64,000 nt of DNA from Calcarisporiella thermophila CBS 279.70 (taxonomy: Eukaryota; Fungi; Calcarisporiellomycota): positions 202,970-266,969 of the forward strand of contig NW_027192212.1 of assembly GCF_041956535.1 (NCBI RefSeq), in the 5' to 3' direction. Positions 25,566 through 38,533 of the stretch are shown here, piece by piece. The position numbers and the translations under genes are program-made. Below the pieces are notes generated by a model. That model ran no database searches and was not told the DNA's origin. It saw only the letters and a program-made list of their open reading frames with translations. The stretch's first letter is position 1. Every line of letters starts with the position of its first letter.

Positions 25566-28497
25566 ATGCCCTCAGAAGTCAGCTCTTACCGGTCCCGTTC
25601 CCGTGATCTAGATCGAGATCGGGACAGGGATAGAGAAAGAGACAGAGACCGCTACCGTCGGGACGCCCATGCTTATGAAAGGGATCGCGACAGGGATAAG
25701 CGACGAGATTATCGAGACGATGAATACCGGCGAGATAGAGATCGGCGTTCCCGTTCACCACGAGATCAGGATAGAAAGCGCAGATACAGATCAGTGGAAA
25801 GGAGATCTAGATCACCAGACAGAAAATCTGCGCGGCAAGCAGAAGATGGGCGAAAGATGGACTGGGAAAAGAATAAAGAAGAGGAGGTGGAGATGGGCGA
25901 AGTGGAGGAGAAAAGAGGCCAAAGAGAAGCATCCGAGGCGATATCTGAAGCGGATTCGGTAACACAGAAGAAGCGCGTTCCGCTTTCGGTAGAAGAGCTC
26001 CTGAAGAAACGAGAAGAAGAACAAAAGGCGGCTGAAAAAGTATTAGCATAATTTCTACAAGCAAAAACAAAATAATGAATTTGACTATTTTTTTTTCGTT
26101 ATAGCCGAAGTTTTTAACAAAGGAAGAGCGTGCCAAGATAGCCCTGGAGAAGCGGGCGAAAGAAGTCGAGGAGGAACGACGTCGTCAAGAGCTTGCAAGA
26201 AAGCAGAGAGAGGAATTGGAAGAGGAAGCTATGAAATTAAATGGTGGGTTGAGTTTGGAGACAGCTGTTGTAATCTTTTTATCACTTCTAATGCCCTTTA
26301 TTTTAGGACGTAGTAACCGTGATTATGACCGCAGCGATCGTTACGATCGTCATGATCGCTATGATAGAGACAGAGATCGACAGCGTGGGCGGGGGCGATA
26401 TGTTGACCGCGACCGTATGGATCAAGGCAGAGAGGAGGGGGCCAACTCTTCTGCACGCACATCTGAAGATATTGCAAATCTAGATGATAGAGAGCTGCAA
26501 TCCTTAAAGGCAACTATTGGCTTTCGACTATTGATGTACTTTGCGGCTCCAATACTGATTTTTTTTTTTCTCTATTCTTAGGAGCGCTATATGGGTACAG
26601 AGCGCAAAAAACGCAAGATCCGTAAAATGAACGAAAGAAAATTCGTGTTTGATTGGGATGCGGCTGAAGACACATCTTTCGACGTCAACCCACTCTATAC
26701 CAACCGCCACAATGCACAATTGTTCGGCCGCGGGCATATTGCTGGGATCGACTTGAAAGAGCAAAAGCGACAACGCTCAGAGTTCTACGAAAAGCTGCTC
26801 GAGGAGAGAAGAAGTGCAGAAGAGAAGCAGCGCGCAGAGTATGTTGAATTTTCTGATAGCAATTTGAGCCTGCATTCATTGTTTTTTTTTGCATATAGGG
26901 AGTTGATAAACATAGATTTGAAGAAAGAGGCTAAATCTAAATGGGACGAACGGCATTGGACCGAGAAGCGGCTGGATGAGATGACTGAAAGAGACTGGCG
27001 TATTTTCAAAGAAGACTTCAATATTTCTACTAAAGGTGCGCTTCCGATAAATAGAGGTTGAAAACGCAAAGATTGTGCTTACTTTTTCTTTATTTTTATT
27101 CTTGATGTAGGTGGAGACATTCCCAAGCCTTTACGTTCATGGCAGGAATCTCCTCTTCCAAGTAAAATCCTGGACGTCATTTCCTCTGTTGGCTACCAAG
27201 AGCCTACCCCCATCCAGCGCCAGGCCATTCCCATTGGACTACGAAACCGCGATATCATTGGTATCGCCGAGACGGGTTCGGGTAAGACGGCATCGTTCGT
27301 CATTCCGATGCTGGTGTACATCAGCGACCTCCCCAAACTGACCGAAGAAAACATGGCCGAGGGACCCTATGCTCTGATCCTTGCTCCCACGCGTGAGTTG
27401 GCTTTGCAGATCGAGCAGGAGACGCTAAAGTTTGCGACGCCCATGGGCTTCAACTGCGTGTCCATTGTTGGTGGGCATGCAATGGAAGAGCAAGCATTCA
27501 ACCTACGGAATGGCGCCGAGATTATTATCGCAACGCCCGGTCGTTTAGTCGACTGTTTGGACCGGCGAATCCTGGTGCTGAACCAGTGCACCTATGTGGT
27601 CATGGATGAGGTTCGTATTGCTTTCCTCCTGGTTTTGCCGGGGAAGGTTCAAGCTAACCTGAGCCTCTTGTTTCTCTTTAGGCCGATCGCATGATCGACA
27701 TGGGCTTTGAAAACGACGTCAACTTCATCCTCGACGCGCTACCTGTTTCGAACATCAAGCCGGACACGGAGGATGCCGAGGACGCCGCCAAGATGAGCGC
27801 GAAGCTGATCGGCGGCCGCAAATTCCGGCAAACGACCATGTTTTCGGCCACCATGCCGCCCGCGGTGGAGCGCCTCGCCAAGAAGTACCTCCGCCGCCCC
27901 GCGGTGGTGACCATCGGAACGGCGGGCCAGGCGGTGGACACGGTAGAGCAGCGCGTGGAGATGCTCAGCGACCCGCACAAAAAGCAGAGCCGCCTCCTCG
28001 AGATCCTAGAAGAGGGCTTCGAGCCGCCCATCATCATCTTCGTGAACCAGATCAAGATGTGCGACACCATTGCAAAGGCCCTCAACAAGCTCGGCTATCG
28101 CACGACCACCCTGCATGGGCGCAAGTCACAGGAGCAGCGTGAGAGCTCGCTGGCGCAGCTCAAATCGGGCCAGATGGATGTGCTGGTGGCCACCGATGTG
28201 GCGGGGCGTGGTATCGACGTCAAGAACGTGTCGCTCGTCATCAATTATGACATGGCCAAGAGCATCGAGGACTACACGCACAGGATTGGCCGCACTGGTC
28301 GTGCGGGCAAGTCCGGGGTGGCCATCACCTTCCTCACCAACGAGAACTCCGAGGTCTTCTACGATCTCAAGCAAATGCTGCAGAAATCGTCCCGCTCCCA
28401 TGTGCCGATCGAACTTGCCCGCCACGAGGCGGCCCAGGTTAAGCCGGGCACCATCAAGGCGAAGAAGAAGCACGAAGAGACGATTTACAATGATTAA
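25566..28497 (+). CDS. PRP28: Pre-mRNA splicing DEAD-box helicase Prp28/DDX23; 7 exons (introns 26040-26104, 26244-26306, 26510-26581 GC-AG, 26839-26898, 27036-27110, 27611-27681)
   Basis: RS/RD-rich N-terminus; [45 protein letters not shown]|[21 protein letters not shown] motifs. Confidence 0.97.
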
Positions 28498-28719
28498 TCT
28501 CGCGTCTATTTTTTTTTTATCTTCTTTTTCTTCTATTTTTTTCACTTTCCTCCTATCTCTCTTTGACAGCCATTTCCATATTTAAATAATATATGCAAAA
28601 CGAAACAAAAATACTAAGAACAAAACAGATCAAGAAAATTCAACATCTAGGAAATAGATACAGTATCACAAAGGGGATTGGTATCGAGATGCAAACTGAA
28701 TTGAGGCCGGCCCCTTCCC

Positions 28720-31065
28720 TCATTCCTGCACCGACTTCAGATCGGTGTAGGTGCCGTTCACCTCCATTTCATAGCTCTTCGCCATTCGTCTCCGTCGGAC
28801 GACTCGCCACCACACGAATCCACCCGCCGCCATGCCCGCCACCAACACACACGCTATCACAATTAGGGCAATGGCCCAGGCGGGCAGCTTGCCTCCGAAG
28901 AGATCGTCGGGGGACGAGGGGCGATCCGCCGTCACATGGACGTAGAATGGATCGGCCGTCCCGTTGCGCAGGGAGAAAGCGACCAGGTTTTGGAATGCCG
29001 CTTGATAGTCGATCGCGACCTCGGATTCTTTGTAGTTGGTCCTACTGTCTTCGAAAAACTGGCCGCACGAAGGAGGGAGAGAAGGTGGTTAGCAAGCTAT
29101 GAGGTAGGAGAGAGGAGGAGGGAGAAGTCTCGAGAGGACATCCGGAAAGCTTACATCATTTTCTCCGGGCCCGCCCACCACAGCCCCATACAGGATGTTC
29201 TTGTTCGGCGCAGGATCGTTGATATGCTGGATGCCGAGTCCGCCGTGGGATCCTGCGTGGTGCGGGCGCATGGGCGAGTTTTTGTGCACCCCGCAGACGT
29301 ATGGCATGTTCATCGGGTTGTCGCCGAGCACATAGTCCCACTAGCGTGTGGTCAATGGACAGGGTGAGTCGAGGTAACGGACGGAAGAAGGGCTTTGCAC
29401 CCCCACACTCACCTGAGACCGGGCAAAGGCATAATACCTCTCCTGTTTGGACTTGTCCACCCGCTCCGCATAGTTGGCGAGCAGCCAGGCTGTGTTGAGC
29501 GCGGGCATGACCGAGTTGTGGTCCGAGCTCACCCCGCACCACAGCAGGCCCCCCCTTGTCAGCCTACATTTCCCGTCTTGCAGAGCCACCTTGGCCTCGA
29601 GGTATCGCTCCGCCTCTCTGCGGTACTTTGTGTTGTTGGGGTCCGCCTGGGCCCCGAATACATAGCATGCGCCGGAGAGGTCGGACCAGTCGACGGGGAA
29701 ATTGGACCCGCCCACCTCGAGAACATCAAAGTAGTTTGAGGCCTTGTACTGGTAGCTCTCGTTCTTCGTTGCGTGCCAGAGCCAGAGCGCTCCCCACACC
29801 AGCTCGTCCTTGTAGGACCAGGATCTGAAGGCAGAGTCGAATTCATGCATTAGTATTATGCTTGCCATCGCGCCCCTTGAGCAACGGGCGGCCTAGAGGC
29901 CAGACTAAATACCTGTAAAAGTCGCGGGCCTGGGGCACTGAATCCGAATAAAACGTGTACGGCTCCATTTCGGCAAAGTTATACACCTCTTCCGCATGCT
30001 TGAGGAGCAGATCAGCATATTCGGTTTCGTTGAAAAGATCGCGGAAGACCATGGCCACCGAAGCAAATGCAGCCGCGGTTCCGGCCGCCACATCGGTGCC
30101 GTGGTTCTTCTCATCGACCTTGAAGGCCGGACGCGGTTTTGGAATCTGACGTAGAAGGGAGAAGAAATTAGGAAAGTCAATAAGGATTAAGTAAATGTCA
30201 ACTGTGCCGTTATGTAGATTAATTTGGGCCCTTTCCCCTTTAGGGTTGGTTGGCCTCCTTCTCGGATAGGAAAAATCAACGACAGCAGGAATAAGCTCAT
30301 TTCACTTACATCGACATCTTTCCCGAAGAAACCATTGTCCACATGTCCATCTCCGACCTGCACAAACAACACATTCGGCTTTGGGTGCGCCTTCACCAGC
30401 CAGTCCGCCCCCCATTTCAGCACATCCCTGAGCCATTCCATCTGTCCGGCGAGCGCGTAGCCCTCCCATGAATCCAGCGCACCCCATGCCATGAAGCTCA
30501 GGGTGTAGGCTAGTGGCAATGTGAATTTGAGATGGTTTCCTGCATCAAAAAAACCTCCGCTCAAATCAACGCCCTCATCTCGGCCATCGTCCAGCACGGA
30601 ATCCTGTCGCCACGGGATGCGGTAGCCCGGGGGGAGCTTCCCTGCCTTTTGCGCCTCGAAAAACAGGAGCGAGTAGTTGAGCAGTTGTGCGTAGTTGGAG
30701 TTGGGGAACTGGGGAGGGAATGAGGTTGCGGTGGGGAAGACCGGTTTTTTAGTGGAGGTTTTGGAAGGCCCGGACGTGGTGGAGCCGGAACTGGAACCGG
30801 ACGCAGAGGCGGTGGGCGTCGCTTTGCCCACGCCGCCTTTTTCGTCCGCACTGGTTTCGTCCTTTAGCGCGTACTTGGGGGGTGTACCTGTGTGAGGGAG
30901 TGGGGAGGAGTAGGAGTCGCTACCCCACTGAGCTGCGGAGCTTTCGCTTGTAGGGGAAAGCGCGTCTGCGGGAGGGCGGATATCCGGCGTAGATGTCTGG
31001 GCAACGCCCGTGGTCGCAACCATCCACCCTATACAGAGAAGCCCATATAGCGTGCGTAGCCTCAT
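28720..31065 (-). CDS. Glycoside hydrolase family 9 protein with signal peptide and C-terminal transmembrane anchor; exons 31065-30310, 30145-29913, 29824-29413, 29340-29155, 29058-28720
   Basis: SLLFFEAQKAGKLP, DLSGGFFDAGNHLKF, QVGDG, YKDELVWGALWL, YVLGDNP, RPHH, LYGAVVGGP and YKESEVAIDYQA motifs; N-terminal signal peptide with S/T/P linker; C-terminal WAIALIVIACVLVAGMAAGGFVWW followed by an R-rich stop-transfer segment. Confidence 0.92.
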
Positions 31066-32467
31066 AATAATGCTAATAATTACCCCCCGATAGGCGGAGT
31101 GTCCTGGATAAGGATTGGAAAGAGAGGGAAAAAATAAACTATCAAGGAGGGAACGAAGCCTGCAACAAAGCCGCGAGATAAGAAGGAAGGAGACAGGGGG
31201 TGATTTATAATGCACTAGTGCAGCCGTCTATTACCATAGACTTGTTTCGATGCAGAAAGGGGGAACAGGGAATTTTTTTTCTCTTATTCACGGCCACTTT
31301 TGTCACACTTCGGAAGGCTGAGGCTGGTAAGCCAAATCCAGCGTCACTGATTGCTCACCAAGGGCTAAAAGCGGCAATCAGAATACCACCGACGCTAAAT
31401 TGCTCTTCTATTGAGAAGGGGGTTTTCTAATTGCGACAAGTTCTCTTGGAAATCCAATGTCACCCAAGCGGTAGCAGCAGGGGAGGCTCGGCGCACCAGA
31501 AATGCCATGTGCGCGGCAGGGTCCGGGACACCACAGGCCACGGCGGCTGGTGCAGAGAAGATGCCCAGGTGGAGAGCCGCAGCGACTTCACAATGCAAAT
31601 GGGAGGGGAGCCGGTGTCGGCAAGAAACAGGGGCCTGAGGGGTGTGCAGCTCGATCCGGCCTGGTTAGCAGGCCAAGGTTAGGCTCGGCTGGCCTTCATT
31701 TGGGCTAGTCGCCTCCTTGCCCTCGATTTTGTCCTATTTCGCCGGGGCCTCTCCTTCGAGAGGGCTTTTGAGGTTATTTTTAGAGTTTTAGGTAGACAAT
31801 CAATTCCCCGGAGCCACAAGCTTATTCGGGGTGTTCTCTGTGGAAGATTTTCGAGGTACTGAACAATGCTGCGCCTCCCTGTTTACATAAATAGCGTGTC
31901 CTCATTTCCAGTTCGCGTTTTATACCTCGCCTCTCGATCCTCTTTTCCTTGAACCTTAATAAAATCCATTTCCTAAAGACTCAACCCATGTCTCTGAATC
32001 TGCCTCCTGCTGAATAAATAGATGCTACCAGTTTACGCTACACGCAGCCACTCCTTTGGGCAACCCATTCTTTCCCTCGCCGAGCGGGGGAAATCATGAA
32101 TGATGTCGCCAAGCAGAGTGGGTAGAGCAATCTCAAGGAGGTTAAACTAATGAGGATATTGTTTCTTTCCTTCCCACAATACTTCATACTGCATTCCTTG
32201 ATACATCGCCGATATCAAACATATGGAACCATCTATTTAGTCTCTGAACAATAAGAATAGGATGGTGGAAAATAAAGGAGAAATATCAAATGTATTATAC
32301 ATCAGAGTAGAGTTAAAAAATAGAGTGTGGATGAATATATATATTTTTCCATCGTGAAGTAAATATCATGAAATAATAATTAATATCCAGGGCAAAAAGG
32401 AATACATTAAGAAAAAAGAAAGGGGAGTGGGTGTGGGGGGAAATGATGCGTGAAACAGTAAATTTTG

Positions 32468-35400
32468 TTATGATTGTCCTCTCAGCACCTGCTCAATACA
32501 CTTGTTGATGAACTCTTTGCGTGCCGTCAAATCCGTGCCAAACCTGGCCGAAAGCTGCTCACGAACTATTGAGGAGAGAGGTGAAAAAAAAATATACATC
32601 AGCATCCAACATTGCTCTTCTATCGTCGTATGTCCTGAATGTTTACCTTGTTTCTTCGTGATACTCATCAAATCGGCGGTCGACAGGATGCTCTGCACCT
32701 CCGCCACAATCTCCTCATCGGTCGGCATTCCCGCGATGCTGGTAGGGCGTAGCATCATCGAGCTACGCTCGTAGTATTCCGCGGGCGAGGTGAAGTTGGT
32801 GAAGGCATGGGACACGGGGCGCCGGGGACTGTACTCGGAGCCCGCCACCGACGCCGCGTAGGGAATGATGTGGGAGGCGGGGCTTCGCGAGCGCCCGCGG
32901 CGCTCCTCCGACGCGGCCGTCACGTTTGTGTCGCGGTAGTAGTCGTAGTCTTCCCCTCCTCCGCCTACCCCACCGCCGTACACGCTGCCGGCCTTGGTCC
33001 CGGCATATACACTGCCTGCAACGCTTCCATGCCCGCTCCGCTTCGAGCGCATCGTGTGGCCCGTCACCGCCGTCAGCCCGGACTCGTGCGACATCATCGA
33101 GCCCAGCTCCCACATCTCCTGCTCGTAGGTGCTCCACTTCTTCATCGGAATCATCTTCTCGTCAAACAGCTCATCGTCCTCGACAATGATCTTCTTCTTG
33201 TTGTCCCCAACCACCACACGCGTGTTGCCCCACGAGAAGTCGTCGAAGTGCCAGAACGAGTAGATCGGGATGAAGAAGTTGAAGATGGGCATGGCCACCA
33301 GATAGATGATCATCCAGCCGATATGCTGCCATTGCCGGCGCAGGATAAAGATGATGGCCTGCAGACCGTACACAGCGGCCAGCATCACAAACGCCACCGT
33401 GGGGGGGTTGGAGTGCGAGGTGCCGATCAGGTACAGGAGATAGCCCAGGTAGATCACGGACACGGGGAGGATGAAGGTGCTGAGCAGATCGACGAACACG
33501 ACGAACCGCATGGAGAAGCAGCAGAAACCGCACATCTCGGGCAAGAACATGAGCTCGAAGAGGTTGTGGATCGTAGAGTTGATCCAGCGCCGACGCTGCG
33601 AGAGCAGGATGTGCCAGCGGTCGGGGGCCGTCGTCTTACACTTGGCGTGGGGGGTGAAGGTCATCTTGTATTGCGGGAAGTACTTCATCATGAGAGTGGT
33701 GAGGTATCGATCTTCACCGAGCGAGAGAAGATTTTTCTTGTGCAGGGTATCAACATGATTGTCCGAATAGTCGCGAATAATCTACACGCATCGGAGACGG
33801 AGGTCAGAGGCAAACGGGCCCATCCAAAACGAAAAGCATCGGAACTTACATTATTTGAGATGATAAGCGGGATGTTCTTCTGCGCGGTGCGCACACGATA
33901 CATGCAGAAACAACCGGGCAAACAGGTCACCGAGCCGAAAAGAGACTCGAAGGCTTTGGCCATGTGGTGCGAAATAAAGTACTCGTAGACCTAATGGGAG
34001 CCGATTAGCCTCCTATGAAGTGGGGAGGGAGGTTGAACAGACTCAACGCGTAGCTTACCTGAATCATGGTCGTCCACGAGTTATCTTCGTTGCCAAGCTG
34101 GGTTTCACCACAGATGCCGATGATGCGCGCATCGTGGCTCATGCAAGAGATCAGGCGAGACAAAGAGTCGGGCATGGCCTCCGTGTCGGCGTCGACCATG
34201 AAGATATACTCATAGAAGCTCGGATTCACTCCAATCACATTCTTCATCTGGTGGTAGATCTCCAGCTCAAGCGGGGTCATCTCCGCATCGAAGTGGACCT
34301 TGTTGAGGAACTGCATAAGAATGATCTGCGAGTCACGTTTTCCACGATTGCCGGGGCGGGACCGTTCGCTGGGTTTGCCAACCTTCACGACGAAGATATA
34401 CGGCACCACGTGGCCCTCGCACTCGTATAGACCCGAGTACACCTTTCCATAGTTGAGCTGCTTCGAACCTTCCCCGATGGATTTGAACATCAGGGGCTCG
34501 GGGTCCATCTTCGAGTCAACGCCAAGCAAGTCCAGCACAATGCGCGGGGTAGGGCGATCGTTACCTGAGCCGACGATCATACCATCCGCAATGATGAAGA
34601 GGAGCTTCCGCTTGTCATCATAATCAAGCACGGTGAGGGAGTCGATCGTTTTGCGCAGTGAATCCTCGTCCTCCGTATAACAAGGGACTGGATAGAGGGG
34701 AGATCAAGACTTGTTAGCATCCTTCGAATGGAGGGGGGGGTTGCTGAGCAACCTCAAAAGAATCACTCTTACCTTGACAGATGACAAACTTATCCTGGGC
34801 GCCAGGCTTCGGTTTTCCGCCAAACTGCAGCGCGGCCAAGAACTTCACCAAAATAACAGACACCAGTAGGATGGAGATGGCCAACAGCAGGTATATATTA
34901 AATTGGCAGCGGAAGTCTTTCCGATGATCCACATAGCCGACCTTGAATACATTGTTGAGACAATTGAGGTAGGCGCTTTTCTGATCTGGCGGAAGGGGTA
35001 GTCTCTTTTCCCAGATTTCAGTCAAATCGGTGCCAGGCAAACGGCTGAACATATCCTCGATATCCTTTGTAATCCAGTGATAAATAGGCACTCCTGGAAC
35101 ACCTTGGGGCTCCCGCTCATGCCTCTGAGCGGTAGTAAAATACTCGGTCAAATCATAAACTACATCATTGATAATGCCCCATCTGCGTTGATTGTCCATG
35201 GCCTGGCTATAGATATCTGATCTTAGCCACACGATATTTCCGCGTTTAAACGTGTTCATGATCGGAAGAAATCGTGTGGTGTACCAATCATCCTGACGCA
35301 GATTCGTCAGTATTGGGTTGGTTTGCATTTTACCTGAATAGTGAATGGCACCGGGTGAAAGGGTAATGGTGATGTTGGGCTCGATGACGGTATTTTCTTT

Positions 35401-38400
35401 CACATCGGGGATTCCCTGGCATGCCAGATTCATTGGGAGAGGAAATAGATTGCTAACATCTTTTCCAGCGAAATCCATCATCTGGCCAAGATCAGCAGGA
35501 AACTCGGCATAAGGAGAGTGACCGATGTGGGCAAAATTCGTGATATCGTACACCGTCCCGCGCACGCTTACGAATATATCCTCCTTCGAGGCATGGTTGG
35601 CCACATCCTTCTCAGAGAACATGAACTTCGTGTTGGGGCAGATAATCTCGCCGAACGGAATCATGTAAAAGATAATGATCGCCGAGAACAGAAAGATGAG
35701 CAGACACAGGGTCACCTTCTCGCGCCAAGCCATCTGCACGTCCTCGCGGTCCATCTTGCCCACGTATCGCAGCAGCGGCGTGGGAATCCACCACGTCATG
35801 AACCACACGAAGCGAACCCACCAGATGCGCCCTGCCGTGATAGGGACCTCCTCCACGTGGTTCTCGCCCTCGTGCTCCGCCATGGTGTCGTATTGCCCAT
35901 AGCCCTCGCTCATGGCGCGATCGTCCCACTCGCTCTCCCCGTAGAGGGAGCCGTCGTCCATGTCGTATTGGCCGCGGAAACGATTGTACCCATCTTCCGT
36001 GCCCGCGAAGCTTGCCCCATCGTCCATGTAGTCGCGGCGCGGCTTTTCAAGCAGTTGGTCGGCACTGGAATAGGTGGGCAGAGCGGCGGGCATCGGGACC
36101 GTTCGCCCCGGCTCCCCATCCTCCGTCTCCTCGCCGCCCCCGTCTCGGAGGGCCTTGTGCTTCGCCCGCTCCTCCTTCTCAATCGCCCGTAAGTGATCCT
36201 CGAGCCCCTTCCAAGTGGTGTCCGAGAGCCAGATATTCTCCCGTCCAACCGCAATGTCCGTCCAACCCATGATGGCCACAATCGCCTCCACCTTCTGGCG
36301 ATCATTACGTGACTCGTCCAGATTCAACGGTTCGATGATCGACTGGTATCGGCTCATAAAATCGGCAAAAGGATAGGGTATCATGTACTCGGTGCGATTG
36401 CGCGCGGCGAGATCTGGAAGCAGGAAGGCGCGCACCTGCTGCTTGACGCGCTTCAAGTCGAATTGGTCCGGAGACTCGGCGTCGTTGGGGCGAATGTGGT
36501 ACACATTCCACAGCCGGGTGGAGCCGAGGGTGGTAAACAGCTCCGTCAGCGTGGAGTAGAGCTGCTGGACCACGGAGGAAAACTCGCCGGGTTTGGCCTC
36601 GGCCGTAATTTCGTCCGCAGCGACTTCGCTGGGCCGGTCGACGGTGGGCTTGCGCTTCGGCCGCTTCATGCTGGGGGCGCGCATGGGTTTGGACGAGAGC
36701 TGCGCCTTGACAATCGTTCGGTCATCCTTGGGATGGCTCTCGGTGGAGAGCACTTTTCCGGAGAAGAGGGCGCCCACGAACGTGTTGGATCCGGTGCGGA
36801 ACAGGTTGACGAAGTCGGGCGAGATGGTGTCGAGATTCTTCTCGAGGAAGCTGTCGACGGTGTAGGTGACCTGGCCCGCGAAATGGCTCACCGCGAACGC
36901 GTACGTTTGCCCCACCTTCCCGAACGAGGGGTGGGTGGAGAAGGATTTCTGGAACGAGTCCAGCAGGTTGGCGTCCGAGGCGTCCGAGTGGCCTGCTTGC
37001 AGGCGGGCCGAGTCGCGATCCAGCAAGCTAATCAGCCCGCCGTTGGCCGTGGGCTCCGCCTTGCCCGCCAGCAACTCCATGCACCCCTGGTTGCTCATCA
37101 CCGTGAGCCGCGGCAACGCCACGCCATCCGACGCCAGCTGCGCATTGATCCCCGCCTCCTCGAACGCATGCTGCTGCAGGAACCGCTGCACCCGCTCACA
37201 CGCCATGTTGAAGCAGAAGTGCTCGAAGGTGTTGGTCTTGAAGTTTTGGTATCCAAACTGGTCCAGGATGGCCACGAACGTCGCCGGGTCGTCGGGCACA
37301 CACAGACGAGTGTTGATCGACTCAACTAGCCAGGAGAAAAGGAGGGAGTAGAGAGTGCGTGCAAGGGCGTCGCGCTGCTCTGCTGCGGCTTGTGCATTGA
37401 GATAAACGGTGCAGAGCTCCTTATGGATGAGTTTAAGCTTGTAGGTGAGCGTGGTTTCCAGCTTCGACGTCGACACCCCCAGTAGCATGGCCACGTGATC
37501 GAGCACCTCGCGATTCTTCACTCGGCACGCGTCCTGGCTCGCCTGCTGGCTGCGCACATCGTCGATGAACTGCAGATTGCCGATGTGAAGGATGGCCGCC
37601 AGCAATTGGAATATCTGCGCAATGTTCTTGCTCTTGATGCCGCAGACTTTCAGGGCCGCCCGCAAGTCCTCAAGCAAGATGCTGTCCTGGGCCTCCATCT
37701 CCTTGGTGGGCCGCACTCCTCCGAGATATGAAAACTGGGTAAAGTCGTGGGGCAGATTCCATTGGGCGCGCTCCATATCGGAAGCACCCGCCATCAGCGC
37801 GTTGAATACGTGGTAGTTTCGCTCGTCGCGCGGCACGCCGGTCACCCGGCTTTTGTCGAGGAAATAGGTCAGGGTCTTGGCTCCGGTGATGCGCCCGCGT
37901 TCGTTGAATTGCAGCTCCTGGAATTTCCCGAATCTGCTGGCGTTGCGGTTCTGCACCGTCCGTGCGTTCCCGAAACTCTCGAGCACCGTCTGGGCGCCCG
38001 TAATGCGAGTGTGAACCTTGGCCTCCTTTTTGGTATGCGTTGCAAGCGTAAGCAGCTGCTGGACAAAATGGCGGGAGGTGGTGGTTTTGCCGGAACCAGT
38101 AATGCCACTACAACACAGAACGAGTCAATGGAAGCCCAAGAGGCATGGAAGACCATGAGTGAGGAAAGAGGGGGGGGGGGGTTAACAAACTGTACCTGAA
38201 GATGACGGCCTGGTCATCCCCGGTGCGTCTCAGATGAAAATACACTCGTCCCGCAAGCTCGTATATATGGGGTTCTAGCTGGTAATGATTGCCCGTCACA
38301 TCTCTGTAAAATGCCTCTGCATACTGCTCACTGTAGACGTCGTTGAGCAGCTCCAATGGTTTATAAGGATTGACCACCACAAGGGTCGATGCACCGATTC

Positions 38401-38533
38401 GGGTGTAGGGTTGGTCACGCTTTAATCTCGTCTGAAGATTGTAACATATCTGATCATCGGTGGGAGCGCCCGAAGAGCTGCTGAAGTTCTGGAGTTTGGT
38501 AAGGTCGGCGACGGTTCCCTCGTCCGCGCCCAT
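32468..38533 (-). CDS. Class V (myosin-motor domain) chitin synthase; exons 38533-38196, 38107-34773, 34687-34059, 33990-33850, 33781-32647, 32565-32468
   Basis: Myosin head ([39 protein letters not shown]); two cytochrome-b5-like repeats (VYDIT/VYDLT); CHS core ([47 protein letters not shown]); C-terminal DEK-C domain. Confidence 0.96.
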
